From: Podarcis cretensis
Lineage: Eukaryota
NCBI GenBank assembly: GCA_951804945.1
Contig: OX638164.1
Location: 6,262,001-6,326,000 of the forward strand
DNA: 64,000 bases
Direction of reading: 5' to 3'
Below the pieces are notes generated by a model. That model was not told where the DNA came from. It was given only the letters and a program-made list of their open reading frames with translations, and ran no database searches. The translations under genes and the position numbers were made by a program. The stretch's first letter is position 1, and the number at the start of each line of letters is the position of its first letter. This document shows, one piece after another, positions 12,801-23,972 of the stretch.

Positions 12801-14518
12801 CCACCCTGGCCAGGGATGATGGGAACTGTAGTCCCTTGGATCCCTAGATCTTTCTGCACACCAGCTCTCATCACGCCTAACCATTGGGCCAGGCTGACTG
12901 GGGCTGATGGGAACTGGAGTTCAAAAGGCAGTGGAGGGTTGCATCTGTTCCCCACCCCTGGGTTAATGGCTTAGTTGCTGCCTGATGGATGCAGGGCAGA
13001 TGGGAAGCCTGTAACCTTCCCTACCTCATCATGCCTTGTTCCAAAAGTGCAGCCCTTACAGCTTCCTTTTTAAAAGCCACCAACTGTTAAGATATTTTCC
13101 ATGCATCTCCTGGGCAAGATCTCGTTTGGCAGGGGCTGAGCTGGTGCAGTTCTCCCTCCCCCCCTCACTCACCTGAAGGCAGGGGGCAGTGTGGTAGTCC
13201 CGCATGAGCTCGAGCGAGTAGAGAGGCGGTATCGGCCGGAAGGGGTTGACTGCCACCAGGCTGCTGCCGGCATTAGTGTAAAACACATCAATGGCGTATC
13301 TCACTTGCAGGCACTTCAGGACTGAGGATGGCAGAAGGTTTCATCAGTGGCAAGAAATGTGCTATTTCATGTTTCCGAATTCAACCTCCCTTTTCCCCCC
13401 AATAATCAAGGTGAGGGTTTATTGGGGGGGGGGGCGTAATGGAAGAATTGCACTAGGGGAAATGAGTTTCTTCCTTGCATGTGGGAGAATAATGCAGTCA
13501 CATCCTGCTGTGACCAAAAAACGGAGACCAGGGCAGAACAGTAAGAGCAGGCCCACAGCCTGGGGTGCCAGGTGATGCTGAGGGCTGCATGAAATTGGAC
13601 CGAGGTGAACCAAGGGCCACAGGTTCACCACCCCGGTCTTCTAGTGACATGTGGATGCACAGTGGTGTGTTCGTTTTTAAACCCTACCAGTTGTGGTGGT
13701 CACAGGATTCACTTTGGTAAGGTCATCAAAGCAATGGAGCTGCCGCTCGTCACCCAAGAAGGATTTGACATCTTCCCCGAGACCATTCTCTTCATCACAA
13801 CTGGTGGCCGTGTGACTCTTGGTGCTGTTCACCTGAAGGAAGAGGCAGAAGGAGATGCCACTAACTGACCAAAACACCAGGATAGTGATTTGCCATATAA
13901 AAAGCTGCCCTGAAAGTAAGTTTACAAGCAGGTAAGGCTGGGATCTGCTCCTGCCTGAAACCCTGTAGAGCCGCCACCGGTCAGAAGTCCCGGGTTCAAT
14001 CCTTGGCACCTCCAGGCACCAATTCCTTTGAAATTCTGGAGCCTCTGTCCATCAGTGTACGCAATACTGAGCTAGATTGATCAAAAGCCAGCCTTAGTTT
14101 CAGGCAGATTCCTATGTTCCTATCAAAGCTGGCCCTTAAATTCAGAACCATGAGGACTAGATTCTTGCTTTAATTTTAGGGAAGAGCTGTAGCTCAGCAG
14201 CAAAGGCCCTGTTCTGTTTGGAGAAGGTCTCAGGCTCAGTCCCCAGCAGCTAGGAGACACTCCCTGTCTGAAACCCTGAAGAGTTGCTGCCAGCCAGTGC
14301 AGATAGCACTGAGCTAGATGGACCCCGTGGCCAGACTCAGTATCAGGCAGCTTCTTAGCTTCTGGACAGGCAGCCATATGATCTGCTCCCTGGATGGCTT
14401 CCTGGCACTACTGGAAGCCTTTCCATATTACCATCTTAGCTTTCCCTGACATTACCTGCTTGGGCGTTTTTTCCCTTCTCATTTTGTGGGGCTTTGAAGT
14501 TCGTGTTGGAGAATGCAT
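754..14518 (-). CDS. MYO19: Unconventional myosin-XIX, 5' part (13 coding exons of the motor domain); gene continues beyond the left edge
   Basis: Spliced minus-strand exons with GT-AG boundaries and consistent phases. They encode DDLTKVNP, P-loop [19 protein letters not shown], switch [26 protein letters not shown], switch II DVYGFE and relay [19 protein letters not shown]. Head-to-head position with PIGW matches known synteny. Confidence 0.96.
997..1118 (-). CDS. MYO19: MYO19 exon, switch II and relay helix (GLLDVYGFE...KAQQ)
   Basis: 122 nt, CAG acceptor and GTAATG donor. Confidence 0.94.
1876..5240 (+). mobile_element. 5'-truncated L1-clade LINE: ORF2 from the end of the endonuclease through RT and CCHC, broken by two frameshifts; antisense in a MYO19 intron
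   Basis: ORFs 1857-3128, 3086-4264 and 4216-4959 carry SDHNP (EN), [38 protein letters not shown] and CWKC..H...C. AATAAA plus (TAA)n tail. Perfect 17-bp TSD GAAAGTATTCCCTGCCT at 1859-1875 and 5241-5257. Confidence 0.96.
5430..5503 (-). CDS. MYO19: MYO19 exon ([24 protein letters not shown])
   Basis: 74 nt, TTGCAG acceptor and GTAAC donor; myosin FDWLV motif. Confidence 0.92.
6709..6880 (-). CDS. MYO19: MYO19 exon ([10 protein letters not shown]...[11 protein letters not shown])
   Basis: 172 nt, CCCAG acceptor and GTAAGT donor; phase fits both neighbours; RDxLAKxxY motif. Confidence 0.88.
7232..7322 (-). CDS. MYO19: MYO19 exon ([13 protein letters not shown]...DDSAK)
   Basis: 91 nt, CAG acceptor and GTGAGT donor; LHLGN motif. 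Confidence 0.93.
7639..7715 (-). CDS. MYO19: MYO19 exon ([15 protein letters not shown]...VFK)
   Basis: 77 nt, CACAG acceptor and GTTGGT donor. Confidence 0.9.
8126..8222 (-). CDS. MYO19: MYO19 exon ([13 protein letters not shown]...KTLE)
   Basis: 97 nt, CCAG acceptor and GT donor, phase consistent. Confidence 0.88.
8724..9432. mobile_element. Non-autonomous Tc1/mariner/pogo-type DNA transposon (MITE)
   Basis: TIRs CCGTATTTTT(T/C)GCCCTATAGGACGCAC at both ends, TA duplication (8722-8723, 9433-9434), GC-rich interior with direct repeats. Confidence 0.88.
9986..10088 (-). CDS. MYO19: MYO19 exon ([19 protein letters not shown]...NFHIFYQ)
   Basis: 103 nt, TTTCCAG acceptor and GTTTG donor. Confidence 0.93.
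10308..10377 (-). CDS. MYO19: MYO19 exon, switch I ([22 protein letters not shown])
   Basis: 70 nt, TAG acceptor and GTATG donor. Confidence 0.94.
10562..10799. mobile_element. hAT-type MITE
   Basis: TIRs TAGGGTTGCCATA / TATGGCAACCCTA; 8-bp TSD ctgtagaa / ttgtagaa. Confidence 0.82.
11176..11308 (-). CDS. MYO19: MYO19 exon ([12 protein letters not shown]...SNPVMEAF)
   Basis: 133 nt, TTTCCAG acceptor and GTAAA donor. Confidence 0.94.
12547..12660 (-). CDS. MYO19: MYO19 exon, P-loop (ELKPHVF...SGESGAGK)
   Basis: 114 nt, CTTAG acceptor and GTAAGG donor. Confidence 0.95.
12734..12960. mobile_element. Short palindromic non-autonomous DNA element (similar copies ~18905-19020, ~33685-33750, ~39085-39180, ~63795-63920)
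   Basis: CAGGG(A/G)TGGGGAAC terminal inverted repeats; internal ACTACAACTCCCATCA-type inverted motifs recur across the window. Confidence 0.6.
13173..13321 (-). CDS. MYO19: MYO19 exon (LKCLQVRY...AVNPF...PCLQ)
   Basis: 149 nt, CTCAG acceptor and GTGAGT donor. Confidence 0.94.
13688..13832 (-). CDS. MYO19: MYO19 exon (VNSTK...[13 protein letters not shown])
   Basis: 145 nt, TTCAG acceptor and GTAGGG donor; DDLT motif. Confidence 0.92.
14456..14518 (-). CDS. MYO19: Probable first coding exon of MYO19 (exon 14456-14600); [21 protein letters not shown], in-frame ATGs at 14518 and 14482
   Basis: TATTCAG acceptor at 14601 and CAG/GTAATG donor at 14455; phase 0 joins VNSTK. The second ATG has the better Kozak context (AAAATGA). 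Confidence 0.6.
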
Positions 14519-17500
14519 TGGAGTACTACCAGCTTGGCAAAATCTCAACGGTGGAGGACTTCAGGTTGCAGGAAATCTCAGGCAAGAGAAATGAGGAGCC
14601 CTGAATAGAATGAAGAAGGTTGTTTACATGAACTGGTTTTGGCAACCTGCAAAATGCTACTGAGTGTGACAGGGAAGACTTCATTGGGCCGCGTGATAGA
14701 TACATCATGGGGTGGGTAACCTTTCTTTCAGCCTAAGGGCCACACTCCCTTCTAGGCCACATGCCAGGGGCAAAAGTAGATGGAGCAAGAAAGGTGTGTT
14801 TTACTGAGGCTAATTTCTCCATATACTCACACACACTGCTTTCTCTCCTCCATTCAGGCAAACAAGGGGCCTTATCAGAACCAAGGGCACCTTACAGCCA
14901 GACACCAACACTCAAGGAAGGTGCAAAGCAAAACAGAGAAGAGGGTGTGGCCTAGAGGGCTGCATATGCATCCAGTCCAACTTTTTAAGATTAAAAACAG
15001 GGGTGCATGTTTTCCAGGATGTGCTCCCGGGTGAGGCATGTGACCTGCGCAGAAATCTCCCCCCACAAGTGCTTATCTCAGGGGTGTGAGATCACAGCAC
15101 CCAAAATACCCGCCGCAATTTCACATGGAGAAATGGGATGTTCCCCCCTTTTTTTTCAGGACACATGGCGGGTATGCATTTGACCTGGGGATCTGCTCTA
15201 AGCTTCCCCACCCTGAAGATAGAAAATACCGAGCTCAATGGAGCAATGGTCTGACTCGGTACAAGGCAGCTTCTTCTGTTCCTATTTAAATTGGCCCTTA
15301 GTACAACACCATGAGGACTGGAAACTTGTTTTATCCTGTGAGGGAAGAGCTGTAGCTTGGTCCTGTGTTGTATCCCCAGCATCTCCAGGTACGGCTGAGA
15401 ACGCCGCTTTCTATATTCCAGCGCTCTGAGCAACAGCAAGCGTCTGGGTCTAGTGAGGCAAAGTGGGGCCTGGGGACTATCCCCAGGGTCGATTATGCAA
15501 AATTGAATGGGAAGGGGCAACATCACAAATCCCTAACTGAAAAAAACAGTTTAGAGAAATATCTGTTTGCACTCTGGCGTCCTTTTGGATTAAGGATAGC
15601 AAAGTGGATTCTTCCCCTTCCTTAAATGTAAGGTTTCCCGGCTGTTATAAACAGATTTGTGGGAGGAGGGAAAAGAAGGCCTGTGGGGAAAAACGACAGC
15701 AGAACATTTTTGCACGGGCGTGACCAGTGGAAAGTTACACGCCAGGGAAACAAAAAACAAAAAACCATCCAGCAACCCAGACTGCTGGTTCTATCCAGCA
15801 GCAGCAAATCCAGCCAGCAGATTTAAGCTATGGGATGTTGTTTTTATTAACTTCCCCTGTGATCATTCCACTGGTTAGGATTCTCCCCCCCCCCCCCATC
15901 AAAAATAATTATGCTTAAGAGATAGTCCCATACTATTCACTGACAGCTACTATTTGTGGGATTTGCAGTAAAATGTTGCAGCATGGAATGTGCCCATTCA
16001 GGCTTCCTGCAAGCCTGGTTTTTCCATTCCCAGTTAACCCCCCCCCCCAAGTTATCTGCAGGAGGCTGGTTTTACCTCTGCTCCCTTATGTTGGGTGATA
16101 TCCAACATCAGCCATGCTCAGAGTTACACCCATTCTTCTTGCTTCTCTATACTCCCTGTACTAATGAGAGAAGACCCTGACCCAAGTCTTCAGTCCATGC
16201 CAGAGTATGCAGAAGAGGGGACTGGTGGCAATCACAAATCGTGGCTGGCTAGTAAGCCAAAGCAGTACAAAAAATATTAATCATTTTTTTTAAAGGAGTG
16301 GGGCACAAAGAAGAGACAGGGCTCCAAAAACAACTCAAGTGAACACTGAACATGCTTAGTGAGCATGGAATGCTGACTGTCTGAAGTCAATAACATTGGG
16401 GGGGAAACCCACATCAGGAACAATAAAGCTATTCTTTCCTTAACTCTGAAGATCCATTGTTGGCCTCTTTGTGGATTACAGTTACCCTTTAAACAACCTG
16501 TCCTGCTTATAAAGGATTATTAGAACAGATTTCCACACACAAACACACTCTTCAGCTGGGTGCCAAGGCAGGTGGGTCTCCTAATTCTCATTGAGCCTCT
16601 ATTTGTGGTAACAGCAATGTGTGATACCACATTCGGGATTCAAGAGCCTTAAAATCCCCTTGGCAGACCAGACCAAAAATCCGTCCATTGGCCTGTCTCC
16701 AACAGAAGACAGTTGTGATGCTTCTGGGAAGCTCCCAAACAGGACATGATGGGAATTTAAACACCCCTGATTGGTTGTCAAGTACTTAAGACATGTTGCG
16801 TTTTAAGTATGGGAGGGGGAGAATGTAAAAGCAGCATGAGGGAGGACAGCCGCTCCTGTGCGACAACTGAGCATTCGAGAAGTGACTCAATAAGCTTGGA
16901 TCATTATGAGGCCTTGCAATCAAGAGTTCGGCCACTGGACCCTGGGACCTGAGATGTCAGTATGAAGGCAGAAGAGCAGAGGAGAGGAAGGAAGGGCCTT
17001 AGTGCAATAGGAGACACTAACAGATCCTTGGCCAGGGGGTGGCTGGGCTCCCACCCCTCCATCCTTACAACAGCCCCCCAGTACATAATTGTTGGCCAAC
17101 GACCTAAAGCAATCCAGCCCATGTATCACAATATAAAACAGCACAATAGCTGATTGAGCTCCATGCTGCAACCACATTCCTCTGGTCAACTTAAGTTTGC
17201 ACTTCTCTCGCCAGAAGCAGAGAAAATGAGGAAAGACGGGCAACAGCTCAGTGGTACAGCATCTACTCTGCAGGCTGAAGGTACCAGGCTCAGTTTCCAG
17301 GTGGGGATGGGAGGTCTTGTCTGAAATCCCGGAGAGCCACTGTCAGTTGGTGTGGATGATACTGAATTACATAGACCGATAATCCAGCTGCAACTTCCTG
17401 TGTTTCAAATACTTTCATGAATGTCTGTATACACTTAAGGGCTAGAAATTTGGGTTGTTGTTATTGTTTACTATAAACATCTGGAGTCTATGCAAAATGG

Positions 17501-17893
17501 CACTTAAATGTGTGGAATGAGCTTAGGTCAGTGGCAGACATATTTTGCATGCACAAGGTTGCAGGTTCAATCCCCGGCATCTCCAGGTAGGAAAACGGTC
17601 ATCTAAAGCCCTGCAGAGCTGCTGCCAGTCAGTGTAGACAACATTGCGCTAGATGAACCAATGGTCTGACTCGGTATCAGACAGCTTTCTATGTTCCTAA
17701 GAAGTGATCTCTGGTTTACAGATGTGTATATTTCATTTCTTCCTGAAAACTGCATATTCTGTTACATCTGTTTAGGCACCAGGCAAAAACATTCCTCTTC
17801 TCTCAGACCTTTTGCTAATTAAACAACCTATGGTCTTTTAAACTGTGTGTATGTAGGTTACTATCCTATGGTAAGTATAAAGGGCAGAATAGA

Positions 17894-17935
<42 letters not shown>
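17894..17935. repeat. (TAA)n microsatellite
   Basis: Direct reading. Confidence 0.9.
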
Positions 17936-17937
<2 letters not shown>

Positions 17938-19918
17938 TGTCTTTCTACTTTAGTGTATTCAAGGCCTTCCAAAGTTTTATTTATTTATAATTTTTTTATT
18001 CTGTTTTTCAGACGACGATAATCTCTCAGATCAAGTTACGTTAGAAATAAGAGAGAGACAGGCCCTGGCATCAGGCTTAGAAACAAAAAAGGCCAGAAAC
18101 AATAAAGGAAATTCAGAGTGGAGGGAAAAGGAAAGGGAGAGGGAGAGATCAGCCCTTCAAGGCCCAAACTAAGTGGTAAGCAAAGTGGTCCCCTTCAGAC
18201 GCTGCTGGACTCAAACTACCATCAGCCCCAGACAACATGGCAAATGGTCAAGGATTATGGGAGATATAGTTCAGCATCATCGGGGGGGGGGGCACAGCTT
18301 CCCCATCCCTCATCTATGGAGATCAGCTAAGAGAGCAAACTTTGAGCCTCCAAGTAGAGGGACAGTCTACCTGAATACTGGGGTCCCACAGGAGGATGGA
18401 AGAGCTAACACCTTCTTGTTCCACTTGTGGATTTCCGGAGACCCCTGGATAGTCATCATTGGCAATGGATGTCCTGAACTTTGGGTTTCATCAGGCAAGG
18501 TCACTGCATATTTTTTTTAAGTCACGTTCTGTGACACATTGTTGTTACAATGATGGAAAATGCTGTATTTCGAATTAGCTTTACCCAGTGTGCCTTGCAC
18601 ATGTTTTTTTTTGTCAACAAAGAAAGTCCAAAGGCCCCAAAAGATTCACCCAGTTATCAGCCAAGCTTGCCTAAACACACACTCCAATTTCAAGCAAGCC
18701 TCTGCTCCAAGTGGGACATGTTTTGAAACCTGCACAGTTCAGATTAATAAAGGATCTGACCTATCCACTCTGAGCCTCCACAGCCAGAGGGTATAAAATT
18801 GATCCCACCCCCCATTCCCTGTATATAACTAAATCTCACAACAGCCCTATGAGGGAGGTAAGACTGATTCTCCCTACTCCCAGTTCAATGTGCTAACCCA
18901 GATGCAGGGAACCTTTGGCCCTCCAGATGTTGTTGAACTACAATTCCCATCATCCCTGACAAATTGGTTATGTTTGCAGGGGCTGATGGGAGTTGTAGTT
19001 CAGCAAAATCTGGAGGACCTAGGCATCCTATACATGTTTACTCAGAAGACAGTACTGCTATGTTCAGTGGGCTTACTCCCAGGTAAGTGTGTTGACATTA
19101 TAGAATCATGGCAGCCTAGCATTTGTAGAGCTAAAATTGAAAAGGGGTGTGGGGGGCCGTCATTGAAAAACCAAATGAAAGAAACCCAAAAAAGGTATAA
19201 ACATACAACGTTGGACAGGAACACATCAGAAGATGTAGAAGAAGCTTAAAGCCAGGGACCAGCAACACTTACACTTATTATTATTATTAATGCAAGTTTC
19301 TCTACCCCATTCTTCAAGCCAATGCCTAAGGGTGACAAACCAAAAATAGATAATAAAATAGAAATAGATGAAAAACTCTTAAAACATAACAAACAACAAA
19401 CTAAAGGCAGTGATTTATATATTGTTATGAGAGGAGGGGCGGTACTGAGGGATTTGAAAATCAGACCCCCCTCCCCTTTCATAGAAACATAGGAGGAGAT
19501 GTCATATACAGAGTCAGACTACTGGTCTATCTAGCTCAGTGTTATCTACACTGACTGGCAGCAGCTCTTCAGGTTTTCAGGCAGAGGCCACTCCCAGCCC
19601 CACCAGAAGATGCAGGGAATTGAACCTGGGACCTTCTGCATGCCAAGCAGATGTTTTTTACCACTGAGCTATGGTCCTTTCCCACTGGGATCCTTGCTTT
19701 GCTCTTCAATGAGTGGGAAAAGAACTCTGCACACCCTTAAGGGAACTCTTGCTTCATTCCCTTTCTGAAGCAGCATGTGGAGTAGGGGGGAGGGAATAAG
19801 TTGTGGGGCTTAAACTAAGAGATCAGCATTTCTGGAGAGGAAGAGAGAAATAACTACATTGATAAGGAACAAATGAAAGAAAGCAGAGAGAAAGAGATTT
19901 GAGACTAAATGGACTCAC

Positions 19919-20150
19919 CCGTTCCATGTATATATGGAGAAGGAGAGGATCGAGAGCGACCGGCGAAAAGCAACGTCCTCCGGAGGTAGGCGAAGGACGG
20001 CTCAGCCAGTGCCGGGCAAAGGCGGAGCTGGAGGCGGAGGCTGCTGGGTTTGAATCGGAAGGGCTTCCAGACTCCCTGGAAGATCCGGATTTGACGCCCC
20101 GCCTCTGGCATACGGAGCCCAATTTCGGATTCCCGGGGGAATCTGGAGCG
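19919..20150 (-). other. MYO19: Probable MYO19 first exon (5' boundary approximate)
   Basis: Strong minus-strand donor CGG/GTGAGT at 19918, at the edge of the CpG island. Confidence 0.55.
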
Positions 20151-20800
20151 CGCAGAGGACCGCAGCTTTGCAGCGCCAGCCTGTGCGCGCTTAAGCCGCG
20201 CACAATCCCATTGAAATCCAATGGGGCTCACTACCCAGTAGGGATGCGTGGGGTTTGCATCCCGCCGGCCTCATCCTGTGCCTGCTTCCTCCCATGGAAG
20301 CAGACAGCGCTGACTGCCATTCACGTTCAGACAACCGTGGCGCAAGTTTTCATCGGAAGGAAGCTCCACCGAGTTCAAGAATGAGGTTTACTCCTAAGAA
20401 AAGGGTGCGCAGGGTCGCTGCATGCTTTACGCGGAAATTAGTGGGGTTTCCCAAGAAAATGTGCGGGGTGGGTGAGTTCCAGTTTAGCAGCCAGGATCCG
20501 TGTCTCATCGGAAGCAAAGCATGCTTCCCGAAGCAACAACGCAGGCTTTACTCGGTAGCAAGCTCCGCTGCACCCAGAAAGCGTGTGTTGCACCACAGCC
20601 TAAAATAGTTGTTTTAAATTTTTACATGTTGTGTTTTAATTGTTGTGGGCCGCCCCTGGACCCTAGGACGAAAGGCGGGTAGTGCTAAATAAGTAAATAA
20701 CAATAATAGTCGGATCGAGGAGGTGGGGAACGGAAACGCGCTCTTACCAGATCGGACGCACGTGGAGACAAGGAAATTCGCTGCTTGTTCTACACGCGGA
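19940..20800. promoter_or_regulatory. CpG-island bidirectional promoter of MYO19 and PIGW
   Basis: CpG-dense. Three ATCGGAAG ETS-type motifs (~20054, ~20352, ~20507) and E-box CACGTG ~20759. Divergent donors at 19918 (-) and 20472 (+, GG/GTGAGT). Confidence 0.75.
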
Positions 20801-21525
20801 GCACCTGGGGAGTAACACTCCCTAGTATCATGGAGGGTGGGGTCAAAAGAGCGAACACTTCCTTGCAGGTTGTCCCCCACCCCCGCAAGCAGAAAGCTAG
20901 CACAGTAAGGAGAAGTGCTAGTTTTAAAAAAACTTGTAGGGAGTTTTTTTTACTGGAGGTGAAAACTTACTGGGTGGGGGGAGGCATCCTTCTTCAGCTG
21001 AAATGCGAAGTGGTCTACTCCAGTCTGTGTCGACCAAACCTACAATCGGTGGCAGGCAAACAAGCAATGCAAATTATTAAATTTTATTTGTTTTTAAAAG
21101 TATAAACTGCTAACTGAAAGAACCACGAGGTTGTACAATCAAATAATCAGAACCTCATAAAATTGTAAAATACATCACCTCTCCACTACAAATCTCTGTT
21201 GCTGTGCTAGGCAAATCTCTGGTGAGTAGATGAACGTGATAACCAGAAATTGCCATGACAGAGATTTGATAACGCTGGGGAGGCTTCACCTGCTGAGTAT
21301 CTGCCTGCCATGCAGCCTGTTATCACAGGTGTAGGATCAGGATGCAGTTCTCCCACCTTACCCCGCCTTTTCTTTTTAGTGCCTTTTAATATGCCATTAG
21401 TAACCTTTATATTAAACTTGGCCATGGCTGAGCAGTCTGATGAATCAGGCAATCTCGTTTAGCAGGCTACTTGCTCTGATGAAAATGTCATCAGGAAACA
21501 GATCCCTGATTTACCTTTTTTGCAG

Positions 21526-21717
21526 CAGGAAGTATAAGCGAGGAGCTGTGCAGAGCTAAAGAGAAACTCTACACCTGTGTTTTAAATGCAGTATTAATTC
21601 TCAGAGAAACAGCAAAGACCTGTCTCTGACCCAGCCTTTATGATGAGAATGTTTTCAGTTAGCCAAACAAATCCTGCTGTCTTTCTTCGCTGAAACTTTA
21701 CCTCCATAAGAATGCAG
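21526..21717 (+). other. PIGW: Candidate PIGW 5'UTR exon
   Basis: Pyrimidine tract with NAGNAG acceptor (tttttTGCAGCAG) and CAG/GTAATT donor; no expression evidence. Confidence 0.3.
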
Positions 21718-23972
21718 GTAATTCTTTCAAAACGTTTTTGCTGCATATTTTCCAGTTCTTATAGCTATTATTTGTAGGGTTTTTGACTAGTGGCTGAAAC
21801 CTTCATAGAGCAGATGTTTTGTCCTGCACTGTGTAGGGTTTGGATGAATTACCCATGATTAATGTTTGTATGCATGTGATTATTTGCTAGCTGCAGTTAT
21901 ATATACCGCCTGTTTCTCCAATGCATTCAAGGCAGCTTACAGTTTTAAATAAAGGCTGCAGTCTGATACATCATGTGATGCTAAAAGGAATGGGGAGGAA
22001 AGAAGGAAATGGGCAAACCTTGTTAAAATAGCAGGTGTGGCTGCAGCTGGTACTTGAATCAGCTAAAGGAGCAAGAGAGAGAGAGAGAGAGAGGGTCTCT
22101 GCCCCAAGACACTAACAGCATGAGAGGGTGAGAGACAGGCCTCTGCTTCCCAAAACTAACATGCTATTTAAAATAGTTAAAGGAGCCAGAAAGGGTGTGA
22201 GACAGCTTCCTATGTTTCTGTGATGATGGAAAGTGCAGCCAAGAAACATTCTCACAAACCATTATTTAGCGTTACTGTGGTATAGTGTCGGATTAAGACC
22301 TGCGAGACCAGGGTTCAAATCCCTGTTCACCCATAAAGATGATCTTGGGACCAGTCACTGCCTCTCAGCCTAACCTGCCTCATAGGGGATTAAATGAAGT
22401 GGGAGAGAACTATGTGTGCTAACTTGAGCTCCTTGGAGGAAAAAGTTGGGATATAAATGCAGTAAATAAATAGTGATTCATTTTGAAATTCCTGTCTATA
22501 TGTTAAAATTGCAAAGAATGTTACATCTCTGGAACTAAATTTTATTTATGTTCTTTTAACCTCTGTTCAGAATTTGATTTATGTTTTTAAGTTGCATGCT
22601 TCTGTGGATAAAATCCATGTTAAAACAAGCAAGGAAAATAACTAAATAAATGTCTGAAGGCTATGTTCTACTTCCATGGTCAGAAGTGGCATACTTTTGA
22701 ATACCAGTTGCTGAGGGATCACAAATTGAGAGAGCCCTGTTACATTCAGGTCCTCCTTGCCCCCAGAGGGACATCTTGTTGGCTGCTATGAGAACAGAAT
22801 ATCGGACTAGATGGGCCTTTGGCCTGATCCAACTACAGTGCTCTTTTTACTTTCTTAACCCGCCTTGTCCTGAAGGCTTGCCATCTCCAGGAGAAGATGA
22901 GCAAAGGACCTCGAAATGGCCAGTCAGTAAGGTTTGCTGGCTTACAGCTTTTTATCAAGGGTGATCCTGAGCTGTAATTAAGCTAGCACATCGCCTCCTT
23001 GCAGACTATTGCTGTGCTGAAAGACAAATTTGCAGTCTTGCAGGGCTAAGAGGCGAGGGTGTGGTGAGCTCTTGCCTTTTAAGCTCCCTCTTCAGAGACG
23101 CCTTTCCCTGACAAGCCGCAGCTTGTCTCATCCAAAGATGAATATTGCAAAAATGTTTCTAGGGAAAAAATGAAGGTGGCAGTCGATTGTAGGAGGCCTC
23201 AAGAAAAAGAAGAGGAGCAAAGGTGATTAGACAGAATTTGGTGAGGTGCATTCACTAGTGGAAGAAAACTGTGGGAGTAAGAACATAAGGAGGATTTCAG
23301 CAGGACGTTATGAGACATACACTGACTAGAAATGAAGCAACATGTCTGTCCTGAAACTTTCACAGGTGTAGACAGTATTGAAAGCGGGACTGCGTATAAC
23401 CACCCTGATAGCATCATGAACATAAATTACCATGAACGCTCAATATGAAGGACACCTGGAGGGGCCCTTGTGTCTTACAATTCCCTGTAAACCTGAAATT
23501 GAGGGTGAATAACTTCACCGCAATAATTTTACTAGTGGCAGTTGCTAAGAATGTTGGCTCTGACTTGTTAAAAAGAAATGCAATATCCTCTTCAGGTGTT
23601 TGCCTTAGAAGTCCGAATAAGAGCTTGTGCATGTTAGGTTCCTATGGTATGTGGTTCCTAGGCAAGCTCTTTTAATTTCTTGCAAGTGTGTGTTTTGCAA
23701 CTGCTTGTAAAAGTAGCAGTTAAAAAATAATGTGTGCTGCTTGCTGCCTGAAAATTTGTAGTCATGCACAGAGAAAGTGACTTCAGCACAGATTTTTTTT
23801 AATTTCTATCCTGCCCACTGGTTTAAAAAGTCTACTGGACCAACTTGATTCACCAAGGTGAGGATTTACCCTGGGGTGGATGCAGTTACCCACTCTTCAT
23901 TTTTGTTCAGTTTGCTTGCTGCTAACTTTATATCTTCTTTCTTTTTTTTAGTGACTTACAATAGCAGAAAAA

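Noticed and set aside
18371-18503. Possible extra minus-strand MYO19 5'UTR exon (CAG ... CAG/GTAGAC)
   Set aside because: Poor pyrimidine tract and no independent support
19823-20608. ORFs of 108-161 aa at the bidirectional promoter
   Set aside because: Expected in CpG-island DNA; no recognisable domain
23130-23460. Purine-rich, coding-looking stretch in the PIGW intron
   Set aside because: Multiple stops and no recognisable homology; cannot support a pseudogene call without a search
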